Source: Squalus acanthias
Lineage: Eukaryota
Direction: 5' to 3'
DNA: 64,000 nucleotides
Assembly (NCBI GenBank): GCA_030390025.1
Contig: CM059432.1
Coordinates: 44,084,001-44,148,000, forward strand
Shown here: positions 13,190-25,860 of the stretch, piece after piece
How positions within the stretch are numbered: the stretch's first letter is position 1
Layout of the letters: each line of letters starts with the position of its first letter
Notes under the pieces: generated by a model
What the model was told of the DNA's origin: nothing
The model's input: only the letters and a program-made list of their open reading frames with translations
Database searches by the model: none
Position numbers and translations under genes: made by a program

Positions 13190-14832
13190 AAAATAATGGG
13201 GTACCAAGGGTCTAGAGAGAATGAGGAACTTAAAGAAATCAGTATAAGTAAAGACATAGTACTGGAGAAATTAATGGGACTAAGTGGCGACAAATCCCCG
13301 GACCTGACGACCTGCATCCTAGGGTTTTAAGAGAGGTAGCTGCAGAGATAGTGGATGCACTGGTATTAATCGTCCAGAATTCCCTAGATTCTAGAACAGT
13401 CCATACTGATTGGAAGGTAGCAAACATAACCCCGCTATTTAAGAAAGGAGGAAGAGAAAAAACGGGGAACTATAGGTCAGTTAGCCTGACAGTAGTAGGC
13501 AAAATGCTAGAATCTATTATTAGGGACATGATAACAGGGCACTTAGAAAATTGTAATATGATTAGGCAGAGTCAACATGGTTTTATGAAAGGGAAATCAT
13601 GTTTGACAAATCGGTTAGAGTTTTTTGAATTTGTAACTAGTAGGATGGATAAGGGGGAACCAGTGGATGGAGTGTATTTGGATTTTCAAAAAGCATTCGA
13701 TAAGGTGCCGCACAAGAGGTTATTACACACAATTTGGACTCGTGGGATTGGGGGTAATATATTAGCATGGATTGAGGATTAGTTAATGGACAGAAAACAG
13801 AGAGTAGGAATAAACAGGACTTTTTTGGGTTGACAGGCTATAACTAGCGGGGTACCGCAAGGATCAGTGCTTGGGCCTCAGCTATTTACAATCTATATTA
13901 ATGACTTAATGAAGGGACTGAGTGTAACGTATCCAAGTTTGCTGTTGATACAAAGTTAGGTGGGAAAGTAAGCGGTGAGAAGGACACAAAGAGGCTGCAG
14001 AGAGATATAGACAGGTTGACTGAGTGGGCAAGAACATGGCAAATGGAATACATTGTGGGGAAATGTGAAGTTATCCACTTTGGTAGGAAAAACAAAAAAG
14101 CAGAATATTTTTTGAATGGTGAGAGACTGGGAAATGTTTGCATTCAGAGGGACCTAGGTGTCCTTGTACATGAATCACAGAAAGTTAATATGCAGGTACA
14201 GCAAGCAATTAGGAAAGCAAATGGTATGTTAGCTTAGAGTATAAGAGCAAAGAAGTCTTATTACAATTATACAGGGCATTGGTGAGGCCACACCTGGAGT
14301 ACTGTGTACAGTTTTGGTCTCCTTACCTAAGGAAAGACATACTTGTCTTAGAGGGAGTGCAACAAAGGTTCACTAGACTGGTTCCTGGGATGAGGGGATT
14401 GCCCTATGAGGAGAGATTGAGTCGACAAGGCCTTTATTCCCTAGAGTTTAGAAGAATAAGAGAGGTGAAACATACAAAATTCTTATGGGGCTTGACAGAG
14501 TAGAAGCAGGGAGGATGTTTCCCCTGGCTGGGGAGTCTACAAGCAGGGGTCACAGTCTCAGAATAAAGGGTTGGCCATTTAGGACAGAGATGAGGAGAAA
14601 TTTCTTCACTCAAAGGGTTGTGTATCTTTAGAATTCTCTACCCCAGAGAGCTCTGGATGCTCAGTCATTGAGTATATTCAAGACAGAGGTCGATATATTT
14701 TTGGTAATTAAGGGATATGTGAATAGTGCGGGAAGGTGGAATTGAGGTAGATCATCAGCCATGATCTTGTTGAATGGTGGAGCAGGCTCGAAGGGCCAAA
14801 TGGCCTACTCTAGCTCCTATTATGTTCTTATA
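13190..14832 (+). mobile_element. CR1 LINE, 5'-truncated
   Basis: RT fragments in ORFs 13351, 14016 and 14279; CR1 3' tail ending TATGTTCTTAT. Confidence 0.92.
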
Positions 14833-15445
14833 ACTATTACCTGGCACACTTGAAGTATAATCACTAACATCAATGAAGTAAAGAAAGGAAGATTTTGTAA
14901 ATATATATTGTATAATAAAGGCCAGATGGACCTGAAGGACTAGAACACAATCTGAGTTCAGATAACATTCATGAAGCTCTTTTTTTAGGTTTAATATGTT
15001 ATCTGAACCTCTGTCAATCTTGTAACTACCTCCCAGCAGCCTGTTCTATTTTTAACACATATTTATTTGAAATGCATTCACATACCTTATTTTGCAGAAA
15101 TAGCACTGCATTCTTTGAAGCTTTCTTTGTTCTACAGGGTATTAAGCCAGTTAGGGGACTTCCTTTATTATCAGCTTTATTCACAAGAATATTTTTGCTA
15201 TGTTAATAATGAGTCTCTTTGTGAAACAACTTAACTGGGACAGTCCATTCTGACTTGGGTATGTGACTAAAGGAACATGTTACTGACTTTGTTCCTGTGA
15301 ACCATAGGTTTTATAATTTGTGCCTATGGAAGAAACACAAGTGGCAAAACTAGTGATCAGGATCTTATTTAAACCCATTTGGCTAAACACATCGTGGAAT
15401 GCAAATGAAATGAAACCTTTAAGTCATCTAGTAATTAAAATTCTT

Positions 15446-15997
15446 GGCCTGGAATTTCCTCACGGGTTCCAGCTGAAAAAGGCAGGGAGCTGGTTGCACC
15501 AGATCATTGCTAATCCTGAGAGTTCTTGGCATGGTAAGTGGCAAAACCTTCACTCACCCATTACAAGGCCAGTGACTGCAAGGGGGCAGAACCGAGGTGG
15601 GGAATCTGCGCACTGAGAGTTCCAGTTTTCCTAGTTCAGAAGCAGTCCTGGTGTGGGACCGGAAGCTGGTATGCCAAGAAAGATGAGGTATACCACACCA
15701 GGTGATGGGGCGGAATCCAAGCAAGGAATGTGGCCTGGACACCTGAAGAAAGGAACAATTTTTATTTTGACAAAAATGTACATTGGCTTCTTTACACAGT
15801 GGGCTGAAGGAGAGATGACAGGGGTCTTGGCAAGGGGGTGTGGGCACCACTCCTCCGATGGTTAGCAGGCAGAACATTTTCCAGCTCAGTGCAAATGAGG
15901 GGCTCTCCTGCTCCCGCAAACTCTGGCGAAGCCAGCACTTGAAGAACTGGTGGGTGCAATCACGGTGTAACTGCTGGGAGTATGGATTTTCAGGGCC
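15446..15997. mobile_element. Degenerate Harbinger-type MITE
   Basis: Starts GGCCTGGAATTTCC like the other MITEs here; the right end (GATTTTCAGGGCC) is diverged. Confidence 0.4.
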
Positions 15998-17322
15998 TTT
16001 GTATCAAACACATGCTTAAAACATGTACCTCACACCCAGCATATCTGTACATTTTAATAACTATTACTACGTTAAAGGCTCTATGTAAGTGCAAGTTGTT
16101 GATAACTCGCTCAAATATCTGATTGTCATTAGACAGGTAGAAGAAGCTGGAAACTGTTAAACTGGAACTAGCAACCCCCACAAAATTACCCAATCAAATC
16201 ACTCAAAACATTATTTCTGACTTCTTTGAATGGCCACATTGTTTGCCCAGCCAGCTGATTAAATAGATAAAATTTAAAACATCATAAGCACATAGTCTCT
16301 GAAATTCCTGGGGTCAAAGAGGGTGAAGAGCAACATTTCTGCCTGGGGCTGGCCAGAAATTTGGGACGGAATCCAGATCTGCCGAGATTCCACTCAATTA
16401 GCAGTGTTCCTTTAAATTCTGGGGTTGGGGGGATCTATGATTCTATTTCAAGGGATTTCCCGGACTTGCCTGGGAAATGCTATCCGTTCCACCCTTAAAT
16501 GGCAGTGAGTACCATTGACCCTTCAGGAAAGACTGCAGAAGCTACAAATAAACTTAGCAGCAGCTTCTCTTCAGCCCAGGTAAGCCCTTGGGATCCCCCA
16601 TCAGAAGGTCTGGCTGTTACTCTTACATCGGTTAGCTTTTAAAGTGTCCTTGTAGGCATGATGTGTCTCCCTGGTCATTTAAGTGATCCCATTTGCACGA
16701 TTTCAGGCAAGGTTTGCGTCCTCAGTTGCAGATGGATGCGGTTCTGTTCCACTGCACTTGTACTCTCGCAGTGGACATCCAGGAATTTTGTTGCCATAAA
16801 ATCTTACATAATTATCACACACAATCATTATATTTCCCCATAAAATTGTTATAACCTACTGGAAATCTGTCTGATAACTTGCCCCCAGAGGCTTACCCAC
16901 TCTCTGGGACCTGGTTTGGAGTTGTGCTTCTTTTCCAGAACTTTCTTTGTTCAATTGGGTCTTCCTGCCTTGTGTGTTTTAGGCCCCCATGTGTGTGCAA
17001 CTTTTTAGCCCTCATGCACGTGAATACTCTCAGTACTCAGTGTCTATCTGCCCATCTCTCTGTGGAGGCCGGCATAACCCATGAGAGTGGCATGGTTCAC
17101 TCTCAACTCATGCTAAGCAACATTGATCACCAGTTAAAATTTTAGTTTTGACACTTGTTTGCTGAATCAAAGTTATGAGTTTATTAATGGCAAAAATGTC
17201 CATGAATGAGCAGCTGTTGGTGGTAAAGTGGGTTAATGTACTGTCCTTTCTGTGGTACGGGTTTGTGTGTAACCAAGATTGAGGGAATTAAAGTCTCCTT
17301 TCTCTGCCAACTTTGATGCATT

Positions 17323-18073
17323 GGCCTGGAATTTGGAGTCAGCGGGGAAGTGACGGCGATCGCTGCTGACCTTAAGAAAGCTGCCCACAAAGACCTCACG
17401 CTCTCTGTGGTGAAAACTTTAATTTCCTCGATGTTAAATTGATTATAGCGCTGTCAAAAGGAGATTCCCAGCCTAGAACAGCAGTGATGTCATTAAGCTG
17501 TCTAAGCAGCCAATCACATTGAAGAATTCTCAGACAGCAAACCAGGAAATTAAAAGCACTGATTATCAATTCACTTTTTAAACATTTTAGAGAGCGAAAT
17601 AAAGATTGGGACATACATGAGGTTAAGGTAGAATGTAAAATATCATAAACAAACTTAAATTTTTTTTTCATTATTTTAAAAATCTAGTAATTTTCTATCA
17701 TAATGGAGAAATTTGGCATTCCACAAATATAAAACTCATTTTTCAGGGCCAGAATGGTTGTTCAGCAGTCGATATGATGTTGAACCCCAAGTTAGACCTA
17801 TTTCAACAAGGCTTAATTTTTTATGAGGTGTTTAACAGCGATATTACCACAGAAAAGCTGAAGTTTTCCTCAGTTCGACTGATTTCACTGATTGCCAGCT
17901 ATGGGGAGTTCCACAGTGCAACCTGTGACGGAACAGGGAATGACTGACTGCAACTTCAGGATTTCCGCGTTTAGCTGGGCATGCGCTAAATCTTGAAGCT
18001 ACGGTCAGTTTCAGAGGGGTAATGATGGTGAACGCTGACAGTTCACTGTCATTGCCACCGCAAAATCCAGGCC
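17323..18073. mobile_element. PIF/Harbinger-type MITE, family A
   Basis: TIRs GGCCTGGAATTTG / CAAAATCCAGGCC, flanks ATT/AAT. Inverted homolog at 62399-63241; short fragment at about 6613-6680. Confidence 0.75.
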
Positions 18074-18606
18074 AATGTTTTGTTGCAGCAAATCAACAGA
18101 TAACATGGGCCATATTTGCCTTTCTCAATATGATGAAGCAAGTCAAAAAGTTGAAGATGTATTGTTTTTGCTTTTCCACCAATCTAGGCTGAGTCCAACA
18201 ACCAAAAAATATGGCTTCACAGAAATGGTTTCACATAACCTACAATGTATCCTCATGGGGTAACAGTGCATATGTCAAGAGCATTGGCAGGCTACTTGAC
18301 TGTAGGAGATGCTGACTTGAATCTGATCCTGTTCTTGGCTAGCATCCACATATGCACTTTCAAAAAGGTGTAAATTGATATGATGAGGAGCAGGAACTTT
18401 TTTTTTTGCTTCCCTCCCTAGCCCAAGGTTGCTGAGACCACACCGCCATTCCAGGTTAGATCAGCCTGGGGATCGAACCTAGCGCCATTTCTGATCTGTT
18501 CAGCAACTTAACTAACAGGCTTTATCCACTGACCCATTGGGTGGGCCAGTTGTTCTTACTCTATAATGATGCTTATTTTAAAATTTTGTGGTTTTTTTTT
18601 CCACAG

Positions 18607-18755
18607 GAGAGCTCCCACCTCCTTACAGTCCAGTGGCTAGTTCCGATGTTGGAGGAGTGCCAGTAATAAACTGTCGTGTGTGCCAATCCCTGATCAATTT
18701 GGAGGGCAAGCTCCACCAGCATGTTGTTAAATGCACTGTTTGTAATGAAGCCACG
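18607..18755 (+). CDS. PIP4P2: PIP4P2/TMEM55A internal coding exon (probably exon 2), 149 nt
   Basis: Polypyrimidine tract + CAG acceptor (18604-18606), GTAAG donor at 18756. Encodes [49 protein letters not shown], matching the TMEM55A N-terminal Cys-rich region as I recall it. Confidence 0.96.
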
Positions 18756-19989
18756 GTAAGAATATCTAAATATATAAGGCCATAACTGAGAAGTAGCATA
18801 CAATAAAGTGTAGCTTTCCCTGAATTAGTGCATAGCTCTTCATTTTCTTTTATAAAGGCGCTGAACCTGATATCTTTTTGAACTTTCAAAATTAACAATT
18901 TCTTCTATGCAATATGCAAATTTTCTTTTTATGGACTTGATTTTGTAAAAGAGAACATGAAAATGTAAGGAACTGTAGAACTAGTAATGATTTTCTCAAG
19001 ATTATAAATTTTGTATTCGTAATATTCTGAGTAAATTGGTCCTGAAATAATAATGTGGGATACTAGATATACCAAAGCTCCCTTTTCCATCTTTGCTAAT
19101 AGACTATCATTCACCATATGACAATCTTTTGTGTCCATATTTAAGTTCATCTGTCATTCCTCTGTCCAGATCCCATGAATACAAATCGGTCTTCATGACA
19201 GCAGCTTTTTTGTGGGCAAAAGTTGCTGCTGCAGTTCTCCAGGGATTAACACTGCAATGATCTCACAATTTATTTTTGTACGTCAACTCTCCAGAAAAAA
19301 TATTTGTTCTGGATGCTAGGTGGATACAGACAAAAATTCAATTTTCTATGGAACGCCTGGGAATTTTAGTTGCTGCTTTATTTCTTGCATGGTTTTTAAT
19401 CAAGGACATAACTTCAGTTTGGAACTTGTGGATCAGGAAGTGATAAAGGACAGCGTGAGTGTATCAAAGTGCCATCCGTCTATACATAAACACTTCCTCT
19501 TGTCAATCAGCTTCTATATCTACATAACAGATGTAAAGCTAGGCAGCTGAAATAAAAATAGTAATTACAGTTATGTAAGTCCAGTGTCCTTGTAAAATCA
19601 TGTCCACTAGTAGGTTTTTTTGTGCCAGAATATATGTATTGACACTTAATTGTTTAATTTCTTCCTATTCGTGGTTTAGTTCTACAAAGTTACACACAAT
19701 TAATAGAATACCATATGCGGGAGCAATAATTTGATGTACAATGCATTTGTTTCAAAATATAATTGTAAATTGTGCTCATGTTACTCTGAAAAGGTGCCAG
19801 TAAAAAAAAAGCACATGCTAACATAGCACTTAATGATGTCTGTCTGTGGATGTACCCTCTCCCTTTCCCTCTCCTTCCTGATTTCTTTTCTTCAATTTTC
19901 TTTGAGTCTTGACTGATGCTTTCCAGGGAGTAATACTCAAGTTGCCCAATTTCACTGTTCCAAGTGCTGTAAATGGTTTCCTGAAGGAA

Positions 19990-20520
19990 TATAGAGCTGT
20001 ATATCCAAGTTTGCTGATGGCACTAAGTTTGGTGGCACCGTAAGTAGTGTAGATGGGACCAGAAAGTTGCAAAGGGACACTGATAGATTAAGTGAGTGGG
20101 CAAAACAGTGGCAGATGGAGTTCAGTGTGGGCAAGTATGAGGTCATCCACTTTGGACATAAGAAAGGATGCATCAGGGTATTTTCTAAATGGTGAGAAGC
20201 TAGGAACTGTGGAAGAGCAGAGAGATTTAGGGGTCCATGTACAGAAATCTCTTTAAAAACTAGTGGACAGGTACAAAAAATAAGTAAAAATGCTACTGAA
20301 ATGTTAGCCTTTATCTCTCGGGGCTGGAATACAAAAGGGGTAGAAGTTATGCAACAATTGTCTAAAGCTCTCGGTAGATCACATCTGGAATATTGCGTTC
20401 AGTTCTGGGCATCGCACCTCAGGAAGGATATATTGGCATTGGAGGGGATGCAGCGCAGATTCACCAGAATGATACTAGGGCTAAAAGGGTTAAATTTTAA
20501 ATACAGGCTTGTATTCTCCT
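19990..20520 (+). mobile_element. Decayed CR1 RT fragment
   Basis: ORF 20301..20528 ([27 protein letters not shown]). Confidence 0.85.
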
Positions 20521-20639
20521 TAAAATAAGTGCTAGGCTGTTCAGGGGTAATGTCAGAAAGCACTTCTGCACACAAAGGGCAGTGGAAATTAAACATCAAA
20601 TGATCAAAGCTCCAGGAATATGTCCAACCAGAGTTGGCA

Positions 20640-21070
20640 TCCGTAGTGGTGGCATTTTCGCCACTGAGTGAGAAGATCGTAGGTTCAAGCCCCACTCCAG
20701 ACACTTGAGCACATAACCTAGGTTGACATTTCAGTTCAGTACTAAGCGAGTGCTATACTGGTGCCTTTTGTTGAATGAGAAGTTAAACCGAGACTCAATC
20801 AGCCCTCTCAAATCAACGTAAAAGATTCCATGGCACTATTTGAAGAAGAGCAGTGTCCTGACCAATACTTACCTCTCAACCAACCATCACTAAAACAGAT
20901 TATCTGGCCATTAATCTCATTGCTATTTGTGAGACATTGCTCTGCAGAAATCAGCTGCTGCATTTCCATACATTACAAGAGTGGCTATCACTTCCAAAGT
21001 ACTTCATTGGTTGTGAAACACTTTGGGAAGGATGTGAAAAGTGCTATATAAATGCAAGTTCATTCTTTAC
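20640..21070 (+). mobile_element. Decayed Deu-SINE copy
   Basis: B box GGTTCAAGCCC; core and tail colinear with the 4707 copy. Confidence 0.7.
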
Positions 21071-21329
21071 TTTTCTTTTTATCTTTTCTTTTTCTTTTCT
21101 TTCTTCAACACGTCTCTTAGAAACATCCCAAAGCTATTCACATACAATTAATTGCTTTGAAATGCAGTTTTCTAGGCGACCCAGCAGCTATTTTACACAC
21201 ACCATTGAGGGAATGGCTAATTAATCTCTTTTTGGTGGTGGTGTTTGAGGGAAGAATGCTGATCGAGAGAATTCCTTGCTCTTCTTTGAATAGTGTCACA
21301 GGATCTTTATCATTCATCTGAATAACCAG

Positions 21330-21716
21330 AACAACAACAACTTGTATTTATATAGCACTTTTAACATAGTAAAACATCCCATGGTGCTTCACAGGAACAT
21401 TATAAAACAAAATTTGGCACCGAGCTACGTAGGAGATATTGGGGCAGATCAAGGAGGTAGGTTTTAGGGAGCGTCTTAAAGGAGGAAAGAGAGGTAGAGA
21501 GGCCAAGAGGTTTAGGGAGGGAATTCCAGAGCTTAGGGCTTTGGCAGCTGAAGACACGGCCACCAAAGGTGGAGCAATTAAAATTGGGGATGCTCAAGAC
21601 GCCAGAATTAGAGGAGTGCAGATATCCGAGGATTGTAGGGCTGGAGGAGATTACAGAGATGGGGAGGGATGAGGCCCTGGAGGGATTTGAAAACAAGGAT
21701 GAGAATTTTAAAATCG
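21330..21716 (-). mobile_element. L2-type LINE 3' end with (AAC)n tail, inserted into a minus-strand Deu-SINE
   Basis: Minus-strand translation GGRVFSCQSPKLWNSLP...SSFKTL.KTYL. SINE core continues on both sides (about 21230-21328 and 21717-21830). Confidence 0.75.
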
Positions 21717-21897
21717 AACAGGCAGATGTGGCCTTCGTTTAACAGCTCATCAAAAGAACGGCATCTCTGACAATATAAAACTTTGCCAGTACTTCACTGT
21801 AGTGTTAGTCTAGAGTGGGGCTTGAACTGACAATATTCCAACAAACAGGTGAGCGACCAAATAATGTGGGGCACACTACGTTGCTGGAGTAGAAGAG

Positions 21898-22041
21898 AAC
21901 AACAGCAACAACTTGTATTTATATAGCGCCTTTTACATAATAAAAATGTCTCTAGGTGCTTCACAGGAGCATTATCAGACAGAATATGATATCGGGCCAC
22001 ATAGGAGATGTTGGACAGGAGTAGGTTTTAAGGAGCATCTT

Positions 22042-22072
<31 letters not shown>

Positions 22073-22140
22073 CAGAGAGGTTTAGGGAGGGCATTCCAGT
22101 GCTTAGGGCATAGGCAGCTGAAGGCATGGCCGCTAATGGT
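21898..22140 (-). mobile_element. L2-type LINE 3' end
   Basis: Same tail as the 21330 copy; internal (GA)n. Confidence 0.7.
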
Positions 22141-23351
22141 GTCTGTAAACAGAAGCAGGCAAAGAGCTGAGTCGTCGAAAGATAGGTGTTGATGAACATT
22201 CTGGAGATGTAGTAGGGTATATGATGAGCTTGTTGGTCCATGAGTTCTTGTGTTTTTACACAGTCAAGATCACATACATTTTATCTCTGTCAAAGTCAAC
22301 TTCATTAATTACTCTGAAAGGCATCTGCTTGTTCAGAGGGTAACTTCCCATTGGTTTCTTGAACCTGACCTGTGACCTAGTGAATAATGAATGTACTGGG
22401 TAACTAAACATATGCACTGTATCATCTACAGCTTTTCATAGCTTGGCAGGATATTATATGAAATAATAAATCTCTTAAATTGTTTGTATTTTTTTCAACA
22501 TTGTTATAGGCCTTTTTCAGGCACTGAAACTCTGAATAGTAATTAGCATTTACCTGCATACTTCACTTTGTTTCTGAGAGGACCTGGTTCCTTAATCAAG
22601 TTTGTATCATTGAGATTCTTTGTACTATGCTAGCTTAATGACCCACAATACAATAGTTTCTGTCCATTTTAAGCTTGACAGGCAGTTCTTTGAGGCCAAG
22701 TATGTCCATTTTTGGTTGGCTTTGCATTGCAATCTTTGGCTTCCTTGGAATCTGTCAGAATGTATCTTGTTGTATCAGGACATGTTTACTGCCTATTCTT
22801 GCCTTTCCATTTAAAAAAAATGTTGGTGTTAGTTCTTCTGGTAGATGATGTGTATTCTTACTGTAGTTCTCAGTTGATCAGGCTTCCAAGGAGGTAAGCC
22901 CTAAATCAATTTGTTTTGAAGCTCAAAAACTCATTTTGAGTAAAGCATTATACCAATTTAAAGGTAAAATCTTTGGCGGTAAATATTGTTCCCTTTGGCA
23001 TTCTTGGCTGACTTGAGCCATTTCTTGTCTCATGTTTCTGAGAATTCTGGATTTTATAGGGTTCCCCCCCCCCCCCCCCCCCGGCCCTAAATAAACACTG
23101 CCCTGGCCTACACAAGAATATTTAGATAGCCAGTATTCCCAGAAGGAACCCACTTTTACTCCAAAGGAATTTTGTATTTTCAAGGTTCTGACTTACATTG
23201 TGTACTTTTATATTTTGAGTAACATTACTGTAACCTGAACAAGTCTAATAAAATTCATGGCTTATAGCATTGGGATTTGCAGTAGCAAAGTATTTTAAGT
23301 ATTTGTAGAAACTATTAAAAAAAAATTAAATGCTGTGCTTTTTTTTTCCAG

Positions 23352-23458
23352 CCAATCAAAAATCCTCCAGCAGGAAAGAAGTATGTACGATGCCCTTGCA
23401 ATTGTCTCCTTATTTGCAAGGACACATCACGACGCATAGGGTGTCCAAGGCCTAACTG
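23352..23458 (+). CDS. PIP4P2: PIP4P2 exon 3, 107 nt, carrying the CX5R motif CKDTSRR (23415-23435)
   Basis: ttttttttccag acceptor, GTTGGT donor. Encodes [35 protein letters not shown](C). CKDTSRR is TMEM55A-type (TMEM55B has CKVTSQR). Not in the ORF track. Confidence 0.96.
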
Positions 23459-24290
23459 GTTGGTATGAAGTTGCTGCATTCTCGTTTTTAGGGATTCAGT
23501 GCTTTTCTTAAATCAGGAACTTGCTGAAATCTTCAAGTTATTGTCCATTTGTTCGTAAAGGGGACATTTGTGAAAAATCATTTTAGTAAACCCTGTTAAC
23601 AAAAAGATAATTCAATGAGATAAATGTGTCTCAATGAATCAGGACCGCTTTTTTATTTGACATTATTGTGACAAAATGACAGTTTAACCAGAAAAAAAAT
23701 TGCCATTTTTTTTTAAGTGGTTCCCTTTGACATAATGAAAAAGAATAACCAAGTTAAAAGTTCATCAATGGTAATAAAATGTCCTGGGATTATCTGACAA
23801 AACCTATGTAGGGTAAATTTTACAAAATTCTACGGGTAGAATTTAGCAATATGCAATTTTTGGGAACCCAATGAGGTCACGCTACAGGCATGCACAAGCC
23901 TCGTTTAAAGAAATCCATTGATCTGCTGAACTTGATGGTTTTACGCAAGGCTCTGCCCATGGTGGATACCTCCCCCATATAAAATGTTCACATTTTGAGT
24001 CCTGTGACTTAACTTCCGCAAATATACTTCTTAAAAGATCATCGTGGTTTGTGTTGCTGGTAAAAGTATTTTTTGTGTTGACAATTATATTTTGCTCCAT
24101 GCATCATTTGGTTTTGTAGTATAATCTGCTGCTTTTGTAATTTCTTTTTCACTCATTGTTCTTGGTTGTTGCTAACATTTAAGGAGCACCTTATGAAATG
24201 CATCGGCTGGGAATTCTTTTGAGGTTTCTGAGAGTCTTGCATGATTTAGATGTGGTTAGACAGGTTCATGAGAGGATGACAAATTAGGTC

Positions 24291-25055
24291 CATAGAAACA
24301 TAGAAGATAGGAGCAGGAGTAGGCCATTCGGCCCCTCTAGCCTGCTCCGCCATTCAATGCGATCATGGCTGATCATCCAAATTCAGAACCCTGTCCCTGC
24401 TTTCTCCCCATATCCCTTTAGCCTTAAGAAATATATCCAACTCCTTCTTGAATATATTTAATGAATTGGCCTCAACTGCCTTCTGTGGTAGAGAATGCCA
24501 CAGGTTCACCACTCTCTGGGTGAAGAAATTCCTCCTCATTTCTGTCCTAAATGGCTTACCCCTTATCCTTAGACTGTGTCCTGTGTTCTGGACTCCCCGA
24601 CCATCGGGAACATCCTTCCTGCATCTAGTCTGTCCAGTCCTTTCAGAATTTTAAAGTTTCAATGAGATCCCCTCTCATTCTTCTAAACTCCAGCGAGTAT
24701 AAGCCCAATCGACCCAATCTCTCCTCATACATCATTCCTGCCATCCCAGGTATCAGCCTGGTGAATCTTCGCTGAACTCCTTCCATGGCAAGAACCTCTT
24801 TCCTCAGATAAGGCAACCAAAACTGCACACAATACTCAAGATGTGGTCTTACCAAGGCCCTGTACAACTGCAGCAAGACATCCTTGTTCCTGTACTCAAA
24901 CCCTCTCGCTACGAAGGCCAACATACCATTTGCCTTCTTAACCGCCTGCTGCACCTGCATGCTTACCTTCAGCGACTGGTGCACAAGGACACCCACGTCT
25001 CGCTGCACTTCCCCTTCTCCCAATCTATTGCCATTCAGATAATAATCTGCCTTCC
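24291..25055 (-). mobile_element. CR1 LINE 3' portion, same subfamily as 1-1785 and 30749-31692
   Basis: ORF 24643..25158 RT C-terminus; CR1 tail at 24291-24380. Confidence 0.92.
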
Positions 25056-25058
25056 AAT

Positions 25059-25242
25059 AACACCTCCGGGGATAGATGTTAACTTTAACTGCTGTATGGA
25101 CAACTGGCAGTAGCGGATCGGCCATCTGTAATGTACCCTGCCGGAATTTCCTTTCCATTGACTTAAATATATAACGGGCAGGCGATCTGCTATCATCAAT
25201 TTTCTACCCAGCGGTGAAAGTTAAAATCTACCCCGAGGTGTT
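25059..25242. mobile_element. Short hairpin MITE (about 185 bp)
   Basis: Termini AACACCTCCGGGGATAGATGTTAACTTTAACTGCTG / CAGCGGTGAAAGTTAAAATCTACCCCGAGGTGTT are imperfect inverted repeats. Related partial copy near 59163-59250. Confidence 0.7.
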
Positions 25243-25289
25243 TTGTTTGCACCCATCATTACCCCGTGAACCTGTTTTTATAGACCCTC

Positions 25290-25860
25290 CACAGATAACT
25301 AAACATGTCAAAGAAGACCTGCCTCTGCTGCACAAGACATGGCTATCAAATTGTTGTACCATCTGCTGCAATGTCTGGAGCAGAGATTGCTTTTCCCATA
25401 GAAGTGAAAGTTGAAGCCGTGCAAGTCATCACAAGGGGACATCTGCCACATCAGGCAATCTGTAGTGGATACATATGTCGAGCAAGTGACAAATGCTTTG
25501 TTTACAAGGGGCAACATCTTCATCACTTTCCGTGTTAAAAGGAGGCATCAGGTAGACAGAACACAAAGCTATCACCTTGTGTGCAAGGCACCGAAGGTGG
25601 CCCGAATTTCGGCATCAGGGATCTACATATCAACCCGATGGCCAACATGAAGAGAGAGGTTTTGCACTGAATTCATGCTCAAGTGTATCTGACCACAGAA
25701 CCATCACTTTGTATATCAGTAGCCATTATCCAGGAAGCATACATTATGCCTTAATAAAATGGCAGTCCACAGTCCCCATATTACTGGCAGGAAAAGGAAC
25801 ATTGGCAGGATGACTTTAGGAGACCAGGGCTAACCTATGCAACCAAGGCTTTTGGCTCCG
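25290..25860 (+). pseudogene. Harbinger (HARBI1-like DDE) transposase fossil
   Basis: Fragments in order: SSQGDICHIRQSVVDTYVEQVTNALFTRGNIFITF; RGF.LN...SDHR....SHYPGSIH.A; then G*L, frameshift, GDQG*P (GWLLGDxGYP-like). Confidence 0.7.

Noticed and set aside
1..18606. PIP4P2 first exon or promoter
   Set aside because: No MAADG..ERSPLL-like coding stretch or non-repeat CpG island found; it probably lies upstream of the window.
18604..18609. CAGGAG tandem acceptor at exon 2
   Set aside because: GAG is rarely used as an acceptor, and the effect would be a single-codon loss.
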